Assembly: GCA_964035545.1 (NCBI GenBank)
Contig: OZ037767.1
Span: forward strand, 14,121,801 to 14,185,800
From: Bugula neritina
Lineage: Eukaryota; Animalia; Bryozoa
Reading direction: 5' to 3'
Length of the DNA: 64,000 nt
Part shown: piece by piece, positions 36,021 through 58,800 of the stretch
Position numbering within the stretch: the stretch's first letter is position 1
How the letters are laid out: the number at the start of each line of letters is the position of its first letter
The notes under the pieces: model-generated
What the model saw: the letters and a program-made list of their open reading frames with translations, nothing else
What the model was told of the DNA's origin: nothing
The model's database searches: none
Position numbers and translations under genes: made by a program

Positions 36021-39000
36021 AATATATTGATTTAGTTCTTGAAATGTAAACGAAAAATAATAGATTTGTGTTTCTAAATACTGAAGGCTAGAATAAAATA
36101 GTGGCCAATGTCACATTTTATTGGAAGGCAATATAGATGTATAGATATCAAAAATTCACACAGCAGATATGGTTATAAATGCAGACCAAAAATGGCAGAA
36201 TGTGGAAGAACCAATAAAAACACAGAAAAAACTGCCTATAAGAAAACTTACACCGCTGACAGATCGGAATGGTTAAGATTCTCTTCAAACTCTGAAAGTT
36301 CTGCTATAGACGTGTCTATAATATTACTAGAAGCACTGGCCTTACGTATCAACATGCGCATGTTGAAGCCTAAACTTTCCCTTCTAGTGTGGCTAGTTGT
36401 AATATCTCAGGCAAACACTAAAGACTTGCGAGAATAACCTCACAGAAGTGATTCATCTTCAAGTCGGATTAAAATGAAATAAATTGAGAGTGAGACACAA
36501 GTAGAGCAGTAGACGAGCTCCAACTGATAACCCTAATCCCCTGAATATGGTAATAAACAGAGCTGGGTGCTGCATGACTGGCCACATATCACATGGATCC
36601 AATGAGTGACTCCAGTGCACCAAACCTTTACACAACCGACCAATCAGGAAAGAGCTGCACGGATTTAAAGCTGATTAAAGACTGGAGATCTTAGAATCAG
36701 AGAGTTGGTGAATCATGAGACTACGTACACACATACGTTCATCTACCCTGTGTGTTGTAGCATTAGTGCGCTTAGCTCTCACTGAAACCATTAAAAAATC
36801 AACAGCATGACGACTGTGTAGCCTAGAACCACTTGGACTTACCTGAAGAACTGCATAGCAGCAAACGGATGAGTCACCATTGAGTCTGCTGAATATTCCC
36901 AGACAAACTAACAGCACCAAATAAAGAATCCCCAGACTGGTAAGTTGGAAGAGAAGGAATAAACTAGCCAATCAGCATAAGGCATTAGCAGCAGCATGAA
37001 AACGGCAGCATGTATAAACTTCTGACAGCAAACACTAGAGTGCTTATTGATGAGACTGAGTGAGCTATTTGTTGAAAAAGAGGAAATGTCAATTAGTCAG
37101 TCTGCGCACTGCACATTAGATAAATCAAAACAGTATATATAGAGAGGGAGAACGACTCACACACAACACATGATCAGCTGGGAAGGCTCACAGGAAATAT
37201 TTGAGTGCTATAGAAGAGCAGAATAAATATAGCCACTTGTTGTGTAACAGCAATGATTGAATCACTGGCAGCATTACTTAATTATAAGGGCAGCAACTTC
37301 TTCCTAATGAATCAGCGAGGTAACTAGATACAGCTGCCTCTGCTATGCAGGCTAGGTGCTAATGTCAACACAGGGCAAAGCAAAACCTAGCCTCAGGTCA
37401 GAAGATAAATTAACACAGTGCAAATTACATTCATAAAACAAAAGACAACTTGAAAAACAAACTTGGTAACCGAGGATACACACTTTACAACCCAGGGATG
37501 GATAATTCTGTACACAACACATTCTTTTGCAACAAAATTGTGAAAAACAAAGTAAATGGCATTAATTTAGCGCAAAAATACACAGTAAAGCTTCCGGATG
37601 TTTTGAAGCAAACATAATGTATCTGTTAGTTTAGTAATAACATAAATTTCTTACTTGGGAAAACTCAGCAGCAGCTGTGGGGACAACTCTTAATTAGTAT
37701 TACCACATCTAATTCTCCATTCTTTGGTAACTATCAACTTTTAGCTATCTCGATGCAGTTGTTTACTGTTAAGAGAAAAGTTTGCAACAATATAACATGC
37801 ACATAATATAAAGTATTGTTGCATAACCGGCCCATGTAGAAGCATTTTATACATTGTTAACAGCAATGTAACAATTAATGTCAGGCAACAATAGTTATTT
37901 GACTTCCAATAAATTTGACTTGTAAAATGGCTTTTCAATAATGGCAAGATGATAGTTTACAGCAACTTGCATCTATGTTTATCTTAAATTATCATTTGAG
38001 AATAAAAAAGTTGTATTTTTTAAAACCTAATATTCAATAACCAAAATTATAATGTGATCATAATAGGGCTTCCTAAATAAACTCATATTCCATTACTTCA
38101 TTCATGAAAAATTGTTTCATCTTTTAGTAAAACTGTACACAGGGAGTATATAATAAACTGGTTTATAGAACATAATCTAGGTTAGCATGAATGGCTTAAC
38201 TAGGCCAGGCGATCATAATTTATCACCTATTTTTTGTAGCTTATATTTAGAAGATACAGCACTAGTTAGTATAAATTCAATCACATTATATTTAAAAATT
38301 TGATATCTGATACTGAAAAACATTCAAAAAGCTAGTTACTTTCAATTCCCTTCCATTTACTGACTAGAAACAATGCTCTAATAACTATGACATGCTTTGC
38401 AACACTCCAAAAAAGCTGACCACAGCAATTTACAATGTATCAGATGTCTTAAGCATTTAATATAAGGTAGGAGCGTCTAAAAGCTGAATTATGAAATACT
38501 ATAAAAATTAGTAACAGATAAAAGTATCACTTTATATATTTATCTGTTATAAATTATTGACATATAGCAAGCACTCAAGAAATTGTTGATAAATTTTATC
38601 AATATTATACTATGTAGGTTAGACTTTCGTGACTTCAGCTATAAACTAGTCCTTTGTAGTTTTGTGCATAATGCCATATTTTAATATTAATGAATCTAAT
38701 GCTGTTAAACTATCTGGCTTTATTATTATATGATACACATGTTGTCTTGATTGCCAATATCATTAAATTGTAGAAATTATTTCCATTGCATTTCCACAGT
38801 TTGTATTAAATCAATAAAGAATATAGTGTGGCTGTATATAAGCAGAAGTTTTAATTTATCATTTGGTTTGTATGACATTTTGCCTATATTCTGTAGTATT
38901 AAAAATTATCAAGTTCTGAAAACCCCAACAATAAAAATTACTGAACATAACAGCAACAGAGAAACAATAAGTCAGTCTTGGAAATACAGACATACCAGCA

Positions 39001-40172
39001 CATCACTAATGTGCTTATTACTGGTTAGGAGCAACAAAACATACTTTTATCTGACAATGAAAAATTAATTAAATTTTTTGCATTAATTTATTTTGTTGCA
39101 AGTTTTTTCATGAGCTCTCGACTCGAGTTTTCTTGCCAATAAATATAATATAGAAATATAAAATAAATATCTAAATTAATATATACTTTTTATATACATT
39201 TTTATATGTTGATATTAATAATAATAGATAAACGAAAAGTTGTTATCATCATAGCCGCTATGATTATCACCATACAGCATAATTATCATCAAAATGATAA
39301 TGACAAATGTTATTAATATAATTCTGATTTTACTTAATCGAATATTTGTGTTGGTATCTGATGTGACTTTAAAACTTGAGTATGTAACAAAAAATGGTAA
39401 TGATGAGTATTATTATAAACACAAATTCCATCAAAGACTGATTTGTGATTGCAATCACAGAATCACAAGTGAGCTAAGCATAGCAAGATGAAGGTGAATA
39501 GTTATGATGAATATCAATATACCATTAGTATTACGGCTTATGATCACTCTATTATAATCGTAATCATAATGATAATCATAATGATGGTGATCACACGAAG
39601 GGATGGTGATTAGAGATACTTTATATTCACACTGACATAGTGATAGTGAAACATTTATCAGAACGAATTAGTATTACTATATAACTATCAGTAATAAAGT
39701 ATAAGTAACCGCACAGTGATATGCATACCATTGAATACCACTACACGTCCATAACATTGACCATATAACTATAGCTGTATAAGAGTTATAACCATTAGTA
39801 TCACTTTGACTGCAACCATAAAATTAGGTTTAACTATAAGTATGACTAACATAACCAACAAATGGCCTATGGTCATAGGCCTATGACTCTAACTCTAAGT
39901 CTATAAGTATAACTATAAGGATCGGTATCAGTATAAATACAGGTATCATAATCAGTATAATTATTAGTATTACTAATAAATACTTATAGTTATTCGCTAC
40001 TACACTACATTTAGTTTTACCACCACTATCAGTATCACTATCAACTATTAGTATTATTATTGACTATTAGATATTAGTATCAAGTATCATAATTATCAGT
40101 ATCAGCATTACTATCACTATGACTATAAAGTATGAGTATGAGAATTACTATTACTATTAGCATTACTATTAC

Positions 40173-40624
40173 TGTATTGGTATGCCACCCAGAAGTATTG
40201 GCAGGCAGCCAATCATTAAAGCTTTCAAGCTTCAAAAGCTTTCACTAAAGCTACTATTAGCTGGCAGAGCTAGTTCATTCACTGTACTGCATGAGTCAGT
40301 GTATCATGATCAAACCACCATATTTACACTCTTTGTATGAATAAACTATCGGTTTCGGTATTGTGATGGCTAAGATTTTTATCCACGCATCAATATTGTA
40401 AGTTTATTAGAATTATAATAGTTCATGTCAATTTTTTTGGTTCTGTAATATTTATAGTGTTCCTCTGAATTTTGATTTATATTGTGACTACTTATTTATA
40501 CAATTTCTAATGTTTCCCATTTTATAGGGTACGATTTGACAGTTAATAAACTCGAAAACCTGTTGCCAAGTTGGCTAGTAGTTAAAGCATATCTTGCAAC
40601 CAGACACAAACACAAACCGATACA
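40173..40624 (+). repeat. 5' LTR
   Basis: TGTATTGG...CCGATACA; AATAAA at 40545-40550; no difference from the 3' LTR seen by eye. Confidence 0.97.
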
Positions 40625-40710
40625 GTACCAATATTGGTGTACGCATTGGAGAAATTCAGGGAGCAACCAATGGGGATATGAGCTGCTGGCACTGGGTAAG
40701 TGGCAAGGAC

Positions 40711-42426
40711 ATGGACCGACAGGACATAGTTAATCTCAAGAAGCAACGTACTACTCTGAGGTCTAAGGTAACAATGCTTACTAATCTCATAGAATCAGCA
40801 ATCTCTAGTAGCAACTCTACACAAGTGGAATGCCTGCGATCTCAGCTTGAATCTACATATCAAGAGTTTCTAACTATCCATTATGACTTTTTGGAATACG
40901 TTTCATCAGATGAGTCTATGGAAGACATTGCTTATGTTAATAAGATGAGTCCAGTAGAGTACTATCAAGCTGTAAAGGCTAGTTATGACAAAGCCATTTC
41001 TGACTGTAATACTTGGCATAGCAAATTCTATAAAATCAAGCACAGCCTTATTTTAGCAATTAAGAAAGCCAAAGGATTAGTTACTGATTGTACTGACAAT
41101 ACTCTTATCGCTGAACATCTTAGGAAATGTGTAGCTCTTTCAGAAAGTTTGGCAGATACCATAGGTTTTTCTGATTTATTATTAGAACTAGATGAAGTTA
41201 TTTTATCTTTAGATTATCGTATGTCTAAGTTTACTCTTATGTCAAGGGCTCAGTCACAGAGCATGAATTTCGAACACCGTGAATCTGATCCGTCCGTGGT
41301 CCGATTTGGTCTCACGGAGAGCGGTGTGGGTGGGGGGTCACCTTCAGACGGCGCGAGTCATGCACCGACTATGGTCGCGTCGAGTCGGTTGTCTCCTTCT
41401 AGATCACACCCTAGCACACATGAGGCTACTCTTGCACCAAATCCAGGTGTCACAGCAAGCGGTAGTGATAGGCAGGTACTACGGGAAGATCACACATCCG
41501 GTGAAGCTTTGGCGTCAAATCCAGGTGTCATAGCAAGTACCAATGTCAGAGATGTTCGTTCTTCTACATTCTCAGTACGTGATCTACATGGTAGTCCTGA
41601 TCGTGCAGCTCATTCTGAATCTTTAATTCGCGGCGCAACTTCCTCGGTTGTCAATGCATATGATAGCTACCCTAATGGGACAACTCAAATAAGTTATGAC
41701 TCTAGACATACAGGTGGAAATAACTTTAATTCATCTATACATAAAACTCATTTACAACCCAGGCCATTTAACGGCACTAGATACCACTGGCCGGAATTTA
41801 GGTCAGTGTGGCTAAGGTATGCTACTATGTTTTACGATGATGTCGATAGGGCTTGTGAATTGAAAAAATTTCTCACAGGCGAAGCTCTGGAGATGGTTCA
41901 GCCAATCTTCGCAACTCAGCCTCAAGCTTACGAGAGAATGATGTGTAGATTAGAAGAGGTCTACAATGATCCTAGCATGAGTGTGCAAGCAGTCTTCAGC
42001 AATCTACAAGAACTAAAGCCAGTAAAAGAAGGAGATGCACGAGAACTCGTCAAAATGGCCAATGCAGTGGAAAGTTCGTACAGCCAACTCGGTGAAGTGG
42101 GACTTTTGCAAACTGTTACGCTGCCACAAGTCGACACTCTTGCAAACCTATTACCTACAAGCATTAGATGGGACTGGGATAGACACTTTCACTCACTTAC
42201 TCACGAGGAGAGAATCAAGCCATTCCCACACCTCATGAGGTTTCTAGAGCAGGAACGGCAGATAGCCCTCAGACGCATAGAAACCGTAAACCCGCAGTCC
42301 TCCAGTATGCATAAACAGAAGGTGAAAGCGTTCCACACTGAAAGCAGTGGCCCAAAGTCTAGTAGTAACAGGTCTACTAATAATAGCAAAACTTCTGCTG
42401 AGAGACACATGGGAACAGAAACTTGA
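40711..42426 (+). CDS. BEL/Pao gag-like ORF, truncated before the zinc knuckles
   Basis: MDRQDIVNLKKQRTTLRSKVT..; PFNGTRYHWPEFRSVW, LKKFLTGEALEMV, MMCRLEEVY resemble the DUF1759-type BEL gag core; runs into out-of-frame pol sequence. Confidence 0.85.
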   Translation: MDRQDIVNLKKQRTTLRSKVTMLTNLIESAISSSNSTQVECLRSQLESTYQEFLTIHYDFLEYVSSDESMEDIAYVNKMSPVEYYQAVKASYDKAISDCNTWHSKFYKIKHSLILAIKKAKGLVTDCTDNTLIAEHLRKCVALSESLADTIGFSDLLLELDEVILSLDYRMSKFTLMSRAQSQSMNFEHRESDPSVVRFGLTESGVGGGSPSDGASHAPTMVASSRLSPSRSHPSTHEATLAPNPGVTASGSDRQVLREDHTSGEALASNPGVIASTNVRDVRSSTFSVRDLHGSPDRAAHSESLIRGATSSVVNAYDSYPNGTTQISYDSRHTGGNNFNSSIHKTHLQPRPFNGTRYHWPEFRSVWLRYATMFYDDVDRACELKKFLTGEALEMVQPIFATQPQAYERMMCRLEEVYNDPSMSVQAVFSNLQELKPVKEGDARELVKMANAVESSYSQLGEVGLLQTVTLPQVDTLANLLPTSIRWDWDRHFHSLTHEERIKPFPHLMRFLEQERQIALRRIETVNPQSSSMHKQKVKAFHTESSGPKSSSNRSTNNSKTSAERHMGTET

Positions 42427-44614
42427 GTGGGATGATCAACTGCCTACAGAGATGAGCAGGAAATGGATACAAGTCTTTAGAGATATCTTCTCCCTTACTG
42501 AGCATCAATATCCTAGATGTCTGCGTCCTAAGGATGCTGTGGGATTACCTATCCTAGTGATATTCTCTGACGCCAGCGCAATAGCCTATGGATTCAGTGC
42601 ATACGTGCGATGGAAAAGGCAGGATGGAACATACTGGTGTGCACTGATCTTAGCTAAATGTCGTATAGCACCCATGAAACAACAACTAAAGATTCCTCAA
42701 CTAGAACTCAATGCGGCCGTATTGTCAAAGAGAGGCAGACGAGTCATTGAGACTGAAATGCGCTATAAGTTTGAGAAAGTTTATCAGCTTATCAATTCTA
42801 AAACAGTGCTCAAGATGTTCCAAAAGAAGTCAACAAGGTTTCATGTTTACGAAGGTGTACGCATTGGAGAAATTCAGGGAGCAACCAATGGGGATATGAG
42901 CTGCTGGCACTGGGTAAGTGGCAAGGAAAACACAGCAGATTGCCTTACAAGAGGGAAGCCTGTCAATGACATTGGACCTGAGAGTGAATGGTGGAGAGGC
43001 CCAAATTTTCTCTATCTGCCTGAGGATCAATGGGATATAAAATCGCCATCTGACTCGAATGAGCTTGTCTTTGGAGAGAAGAAAATAGTTTACACCGTCA
43101 CTGCATCAACAGAAGTCCAATCATTTATTAAATATGAAAATTTCAGCAGCCTCAAGAGTCTAACATGGACAATAGCTCGAGTTCGCAACATCTTCAAATA
43201 CAAAAGTTTTAAGGGAATCCAATCTGATCTCATCACCGTGGAAGATCTACGGCAGACCAAACTCTACTTACTGAAGCAGGTACAACGCACTATAGATTCT
43301 GAGTTGAGCAAGATTAAAGGGAAATACACAAAGCTTCACCCCATTAAGACAGAGAGTGAAGTATGGATAGTAGGCAGTAGACTCCTAAGGCATAACCCCA
43401 TGACAGCGATTAAGACGCACATGCAATCAATCCTTCCCACCACTCACTACTTTACCTACTTGGCAATGCGGCAGGCACATACAGACAGCTATCACCGTGG
43501 CCGAGATGCAACACTCGCAAGATTCCGAGAAGAGTTTTGGACTATGCAGGGATCTAAGGTTGCTAGGGGCATAGTAACATCATGCCAAATGTGTCGACTC
43601 AAACAACCTCGCTTTACTGATCAACTGATGGGAAGTCTACCTACAGAACGACTAACGACCGGACCGCCGTTCAACAATGTAATGATAGATCTTTTTGGTC
43701 CGTATATTGTGAGAGGAGAAAAACAGACTAGAACTTCGAGCAAAGCTTATGGAGTAATATTCACAGATATCAGTTCACGAGCAGCACACATCGAAGCAGT
43801 TTTCGGATATGACAGTGATTCTTTCCTGTTGGCATTAACTCGATTTGTCAACATTCGTGGCTGGCCATCCAAGATTTATTCTGATCCTGGAACACAGTTA
43901 GCTGGAGCAGAAAAAGAACTCAAAGATATGTGGAGACGCATGGACAAAGGTTCCATCAAGAAAACCAGTGAAGAAAATGGGTTGCAATGGGAATTTGGAC
44001 CTGGTGACAGCCCCTGGTATCAGGGCGCTGCTGAATCACTCATAAAGGCTGTCAAGAGATGTTTCACATTTTCAATGAGCAACCGCCGGCTTTCACCTAC
44101 AGAATTTCTCACAATCTGCACTGAAGCTGCAAACACACTAAACGAGAGGCCATTGGGATTACTGCCAGATTCAGACTCCGAGATCAACATATTAACACCT
44201 AACTGTCAACTTATTGGACGACCCTTCATCAAGAATCCTGGCAACTGGAATACAGACTACTCCTTAAGGGGGCGACTGGCTTTGGTAAATACAGTCTCAG
44301 ATGACTTCTGGCGGAAGTGGACCGAATTGTATGCACCCACACTGATTCATCACCAGAAGTGGCATACCCCAAGACGAAACTTTCAGGTGGGAGATGTTGT
44401 AGTGGTTATGGATCCAAATCAGCTGCGTAATCAGTATAAACTAGCGCGAGTACATCAAGTATATCCGAGCAAGGATGGCGTAGTAAGGAAAGTAGCCCTT
44501 TCCTACAAAAACTATAAGGTAGCTGGGAAACTGAGGGACTATGTAGGCTGTAAAGACACTATCATAACCCGCAGCGTGCATAGGTTGGCTTTATTAACTG
44601 AAGTGAGCCCATAA
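42347..44614 (+). pseudogene. BEL/Pao pol remnant: RNase H + integrase, with protease and RT missing
   Basis: AKLLLRDTW..LEWDD, IFSDAS..AYG, AKCRIAP, IPQLELNAA, ENTADCLTRG; integrase H..H..CQMC, IDLFGP, YSDPGT, GAAESLIK, LNERPL, LTPN. Confidence 0.93.
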
Positions 44615-44843
44615 ATGACTGATCTACCTTCTTGGCCGCGTGTACGCTCGTGTCGCTGGAGGGGTTTGCATTCAACCGTTTTTCGGGGGACGGGCTGGTG
44701 CGCGGAGGGGTCAGCGGATTGGTGCGAGAATTTCATGGTCTGTGACTGATCCTATTTTGTTTTGTTTGTTTTGTTTGTTTTGATTTACATAATTTATCAA
44801 TATTTGTCAGAATAGTATCTGCCAAACAATTCGACCCCACCGA

Positions 44844-45295
44844 TGTATTGGTATGCCACCCAGAAGTATTGGCAGGCAGCCAATCATTAAAGCTTTCAAG
44901 CTTCAAAAGCTTTCACTAAAGCTACTATTAGCTGGCAGAGCTAGTTCATTCACTGTACTGCATGAGTCAGTGTATCATGATCAAACCACCATATTTACAC
45001 TCTTTGTATGAATAAACTATCGGTTTCGGTATTGTGATGGCTAAGATTTTTATCCACGCATCAATATTGTAAGTTTATTAGAATTATAATAGTTCATGTC
45101 AATTTTTTTGGTTCTGTAATATTTATAGTGTTCCTCTGAATTTTGATTTATATTGTGACTACTTATTTATACAATTTCTAATGTTTCCCATTTTATAGGG
45201 TACGATTTGACAGTTAATAAACTCGAAAACCTGTTGCCAAGTTGGCTAGTAGTTAAAGCATATCTTGCAACCAGACACAAACACAAACCGATACA
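44844..45295 (+). repeat. 3' LTR
   Basis: Copy of 40173-40624. Confidence 0.97.
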
Positions 45296-46107
45296 ATTAC
45301 TATTACTAATAGTATTAGTCATTAGTGTCACTATCAGTATCAGCATTACTTATACTATCACTATGACTATGGGGTATGAGTACGGGAATTACTATTACTA
45401 TTATAATTACTATTACTGTTAGTGTCACTAACACTTTAACTTCAAGAATAAGACTTAGGGTAAGAGTAAAAATAAGTATAAAATAATATTTATAAATTAA
45501 TAATTTAATAGTAAAACTAAAAGTAAAAGTAAATGCAATGCCAATGGTAATACTGATACTCTAAGTATTAGTATCACTATCGCTATGAGTATGACCATCA
45601 GTATTATTGTGCCTTGAAAGTAAGTTTATTTCAAAAATCAAAGTTAAAATGATTATCCTTATGATCATGAACATTAAAATAAACTGATGTACATGAAATT
45701 TGATGATGCCTGTGCCCGAGGGCTGAGGCTAATACTAATAGTAATACTAATACAAATACTAATAGTAATAGTAATACTAATACTAATAGTAATACCAATA
45801 GACAGATAGTAATACTTATAGTTATACTAAGTCTAATAGTAATACTAATAGTAATACTAATACTAATACTAATAGTAATAGACTTTCAGTTTCAATTTGA
45901 TTTTGAAATAAATTCCTTTAACTTCCAGTTCAAATTCAATTTGAACTTCAGAAACATAAATTAGCAATGTGAGCTTTGAACTAATTGTTGTTGAACGTCA
46001 AAAACTCTTACTTTTTTAATAAAATCTGCTAGTTATACGCACAACTGTTGCAGCAGCAGCAAGTTTTTAAATTTTATAATTTTATGTATATAAACGACGT
46101 TAGGTTC

Positions 46108-46155
46108 TCACCGGAAGTTTACTATTATTAATCTTAATAAAAGAGTCCATCTTGT
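46108..46155. promoter_or_regulatory. Candidate promoter (ETS-type CCGGAAGT plus YY1-like CAAGATGG on minus), possibly for Smaug
   Basis: Motifs in the interval between the PAP 3' end and Smaug; motif evidence only. Confidence 0.3.
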
Positions 46156-47215
46156 AGTCTTAAAATGTTTTAAAAACATTAAATTAGCACTTTAGTTAAA
46201 ATAAATAAATTATTATTTTAAATCTAAACAGTATAAAAATATCCACTTGAATGTAATCATGACCGTTACAGAGTTTTTAAACTGATATTTTCGAACAATT
46301 GGATGGACAACTACAATTACTGGCGTAGTTCACAGTAGCATGATAGTTGTGTAACTTAGTATTCCATATAACCAGATATATAATAATAATAAGATATTTA
46401 GCATTTTAATATGCATGCAGCTGATGTGGTATGTATAATTGTTAACTATCCAGCATGCATTTATCAAAGAAACATATTTTATGCTAAAGTCATACATGTA
46501 GCAGGAATAACTACATTAATTATTTTCAAAGTTTCAACAAGCACCTTGGTTTTTAATAAGATATATTAAAAATATGTGAGTATAACCATGCAGCTGTGTT
46601 ACAGCATTGCATGGGTCACCTATCCTATTTCAATTGAGCTAATATTTTACACATTATAAATTATTTGTGTTTGTGTAAAATTTGCCCAACAATGAAGAGT
46701 GAATAACTCAAATAAATACAAGATGGCAGAAGTTCAAACACAACTTCTTTAGCATTATTGAAAACTGTGAAATTTTTTAATTAGAACAGGTAGCAATGTC
46801 AAATTGGTAGGACCAAAAATCCCACAAAACTACACATCACTAACTACTTCTTCGAAATACTGTTTACACCTTAAGAAACTTACTTACTAAATGTTGGCAA
46901 TTTATTTTTTACTTCACTAACAGAAGTAACTGAACTAACTATGCAACCATTTTTATGTTTTTATTTTGACTATAAAATAATTTAAATAACAAATATGAAG
47001 TTTTTTTGGGCGACAACACATTTGTCACGAAAAGTATGGAATAACTGAATGAGTCAAAAAGCAGTATAATACAAGTTTTTTTGTACATTTACAGTGTTGT
47101 AGATACAATGTCTGAATTAGCTAGCGGTTTTGAGGGTAAGTAAAACAAAACTCAACTAAAATAACATTAACAATACTTATAATATTCACAGATGAAAATA
47201 ACCTAAAAACTTCAG

Positions 47216-55848
<8,633 letters not shown>

Positions 55849-58800
55849 GATGATTGTAATGTCACTACAACGTGACTCATACAAACATGTGCTAAACAGT
55901 TCCACCGGCAGTACAAACTAAAGAAGATAGGCAAGTGATATAACACAAACAAAATTGTGCAACTATTGGAAAACTGTATCAGAGTGATAGTGAAAGAATC
56001 GTACATTTGGTGTCATTTGATTTCAGCTGTTTTTAATAATAATTATTGCTTTTAATTAACTAACTTAATCATAATGTTTAAGATTTAGTGGTAAATATAA
56101 TTTGACTATATTAATACATATTTTTAGTATTTTAATTTACTATTACATAAAAAACAATTATCAAAAAAGTCCTATCCACATTTATTAAAGATAAACATAC
56201 AGTAAAATCTAATAAATAATATCTGTAGTTTACTAAAATTATCTAATGTAGGTGAAAACAGCAAATTTTTTTAAAAACTAAGCTAACTCTTAAAATAATT
56301 TTGTTTTTACTAATTATTTCATTTAAATTTACAAAGCCCAAACTACATGTGATATGATTGGTGAAGGCCATTGGTATAACTCTAAAGTTTTTAAATTTAA
56401 GATAAACCTATCAAAGTGGGTATAAAATTAAAGCTAACTTACAAAAATTGGTTATACTAAATACTTATAGACTATAATACAAGTTAATGTTATGCTCATC
56501 ATACTCAAAGTGCTACTTACCAATTTAAAAACACTGATTCTCATTATTATTATTTTAAAAGAAAACCTCATATATAAACCCCCTTTATCATAAATATAAT
56601 TAGGCAAATAAATTTTTAACTATAAGAAAATTTAATCATTATTAATAGAAAATGTTCCTATATATAATCATTTAAATTGTTATACTTATTGTTACTATCA
56701 TTCTGAAAATCCTTGTGAAGGTCAGTTGCACTGTCCAGTGAACAAACTCAATTCAACAACAGTAACCATATTAATCTTTAAATTAACATAAATATAAAAA
56801 CTGAATATAATTGATCCACTCTTAATCTTACTGTTACACTTACAGTTACTGTAGCTGAGTAACTCTAATTGAAAGAGTCAAATTTCATAGTTTTGTTTAT
56901 TATCGGCTCAAACTCAATAGAGCATAATGATCGACCTTGAGTTTAAGTCGTAAATAACTCTAATTGAAAATAAAATTCAATTCAAATTGTCATTTTGATT
57001 TTGTCGACTCAGATTTTGTCGAGTAACACTACTGTAAGTGTAAGACTAAGAGTAAGACTAAGAATTAGATGGTCGATTCTAAATCAAAATTTTAGAACAA
57101 CTTTCAAATCAAACTTTCTTTTTTAGCCAACAACTACAAGTTTAAGTTTTACCTTCACTTTTAGCTCCCAGTCCAACTCTCAGTCTCGCAGTCAATTTTA
57201 ATTTACTTTAATAATTAATTAATATTTAATAATTTCACTTCGTGCTCGGTGCTTCGGCTTCAAGTTTAATTTGTGAGAAAAATCAAAATAATACTGCTAA
57301 AATGTCAGTGCAGCTCACTTCTTAAATATAGCTGCACAAAATGTATTTTACTCTAATTTTCAATGCCAAAATTCTTAACGCTCTATTAGTTTGTAAATTG
57401 CTTTTGGTTGGATCTTTCTGAAAATTTTGGTAATATTTTTACGAATTTTGTATTTTACAACCGGAAATGTAATATTAATGTTAAGTTTAGCAAAGTTTAA
57501 TTCAAGTTTAGAAAGCAAAACTATGTTGGTTATTTTTATTGAATTTTTTTTATAACTAAAATATGTACAAACCAAATGTGAATATTTGGTTATCACTCAA
57601 GTAATAATCAACTTAAGTATTTTTAAGGCTAGTACTATGCTTCCGGTTATTTCTCTACTGCTAGTAATAGCGTAAGCACTATAGTCTATAGTCTATACCA
57701 TTAGACTTAAGAAAGTATTGGTATTAGTAGAAATATCATTATTAGTATTGCTATTAGTATTAGTATACCTGGAAATTAGGAAAAGCATCACTTCTCATAT
57801 TCATGGTCATTAACATTAAGTGATAGTCAGTGTAGGCAATCAGCAATGACTATCAGTATCATAGTGATAGTGACGCTCCGCACTGTGAGTGTGACACTTA
57901 CACTCACAGTCACTGACAATCACTGATTGAATCAGTATCAGCAATAAATTTTCCTTAACTTTAAGACAGTGAGTTTTGCTGATGCTCTTGTTAGAACTAA
58001 GGCTATCATTCTACACACAACGTACTACTTTACTACTTGTGACTTGTAGTTGTGTGTATGAATCGCAGATTTTTTCTCACTAACAGCAAGTGCAACAGTA
58101 GCGTCATAGTATTACTTATAGTTATGCTTACACAATTTTGTAAAACCAATTAATATTGTTATTATATTGTTTGATTTGTCTTTACTGTTTTTTAAGTCTA
58201 TATTTTTAAGTACATTTTTGTACTTGCTGTGTATAAATATTTAAATGTAAACTATTTTTATTTTAGAGAAAAAAATACATTTTCTAGATAAACTCGGTAC
58301 TCATTTTCTGCTTGTTGCTATAGAAACTAGTAATTACATAGTATTCCTGGTAGAACTAGCACTACTACCTACTATTACTACCACTTTATTGACTGAGACA
58401 GAGTGGCTGTGAATACTGGATCTTTAAAGCCAAATAACTTCTTCAGCATACTGATAATGTTGAGTGGTACCCAGGCAACCAAAGTAGTAGTTGTAAAAGA
58501 TTCTTATCTACTAGTGATTACTAATGGTAATATTCATGTACCAAAGACTGCAAAAGCCCTGAAAGTAGTGCCAATATACAGCATGTAGACCTAGCTCTAG
58601 TAAAAAAATTTTATTCTCACTCGTGAAAAAAGTGAGGTGGTAAAATTTATATGATGATGAAGCAGCAAAAAGTTTTTAGCACTATTGATATTGGAACTAA
58701 TGTCCACCTTTGCATGTGGAAGACACCGTTTAGAAGTTGAGCTTTTCAGCCTATCACATGGTCTGCAGCTCATCAGCAGTATTGATAATTCATACTTTGT

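Larger units (their letters stand above)
40173..45295 (+). mobile_element. BEL/Pao LTR retrotransposon, non-autonomous (protease and RT deleted)
   Basis: Two 452-bp TG..CA LTRs, 5-bp TSD ATTAC (40168-40172, 45296-45300), gag and RNase H-integrase ORFs. Confidence 0.97.

Noticed and set aside
40594-40710. N-terminal 39 aa of the 610-aa ORF as real gag
   Set aside because: Begins at a TTG inside the LTR and is largely the duplicated pol fragment; the gag ATG is 40711
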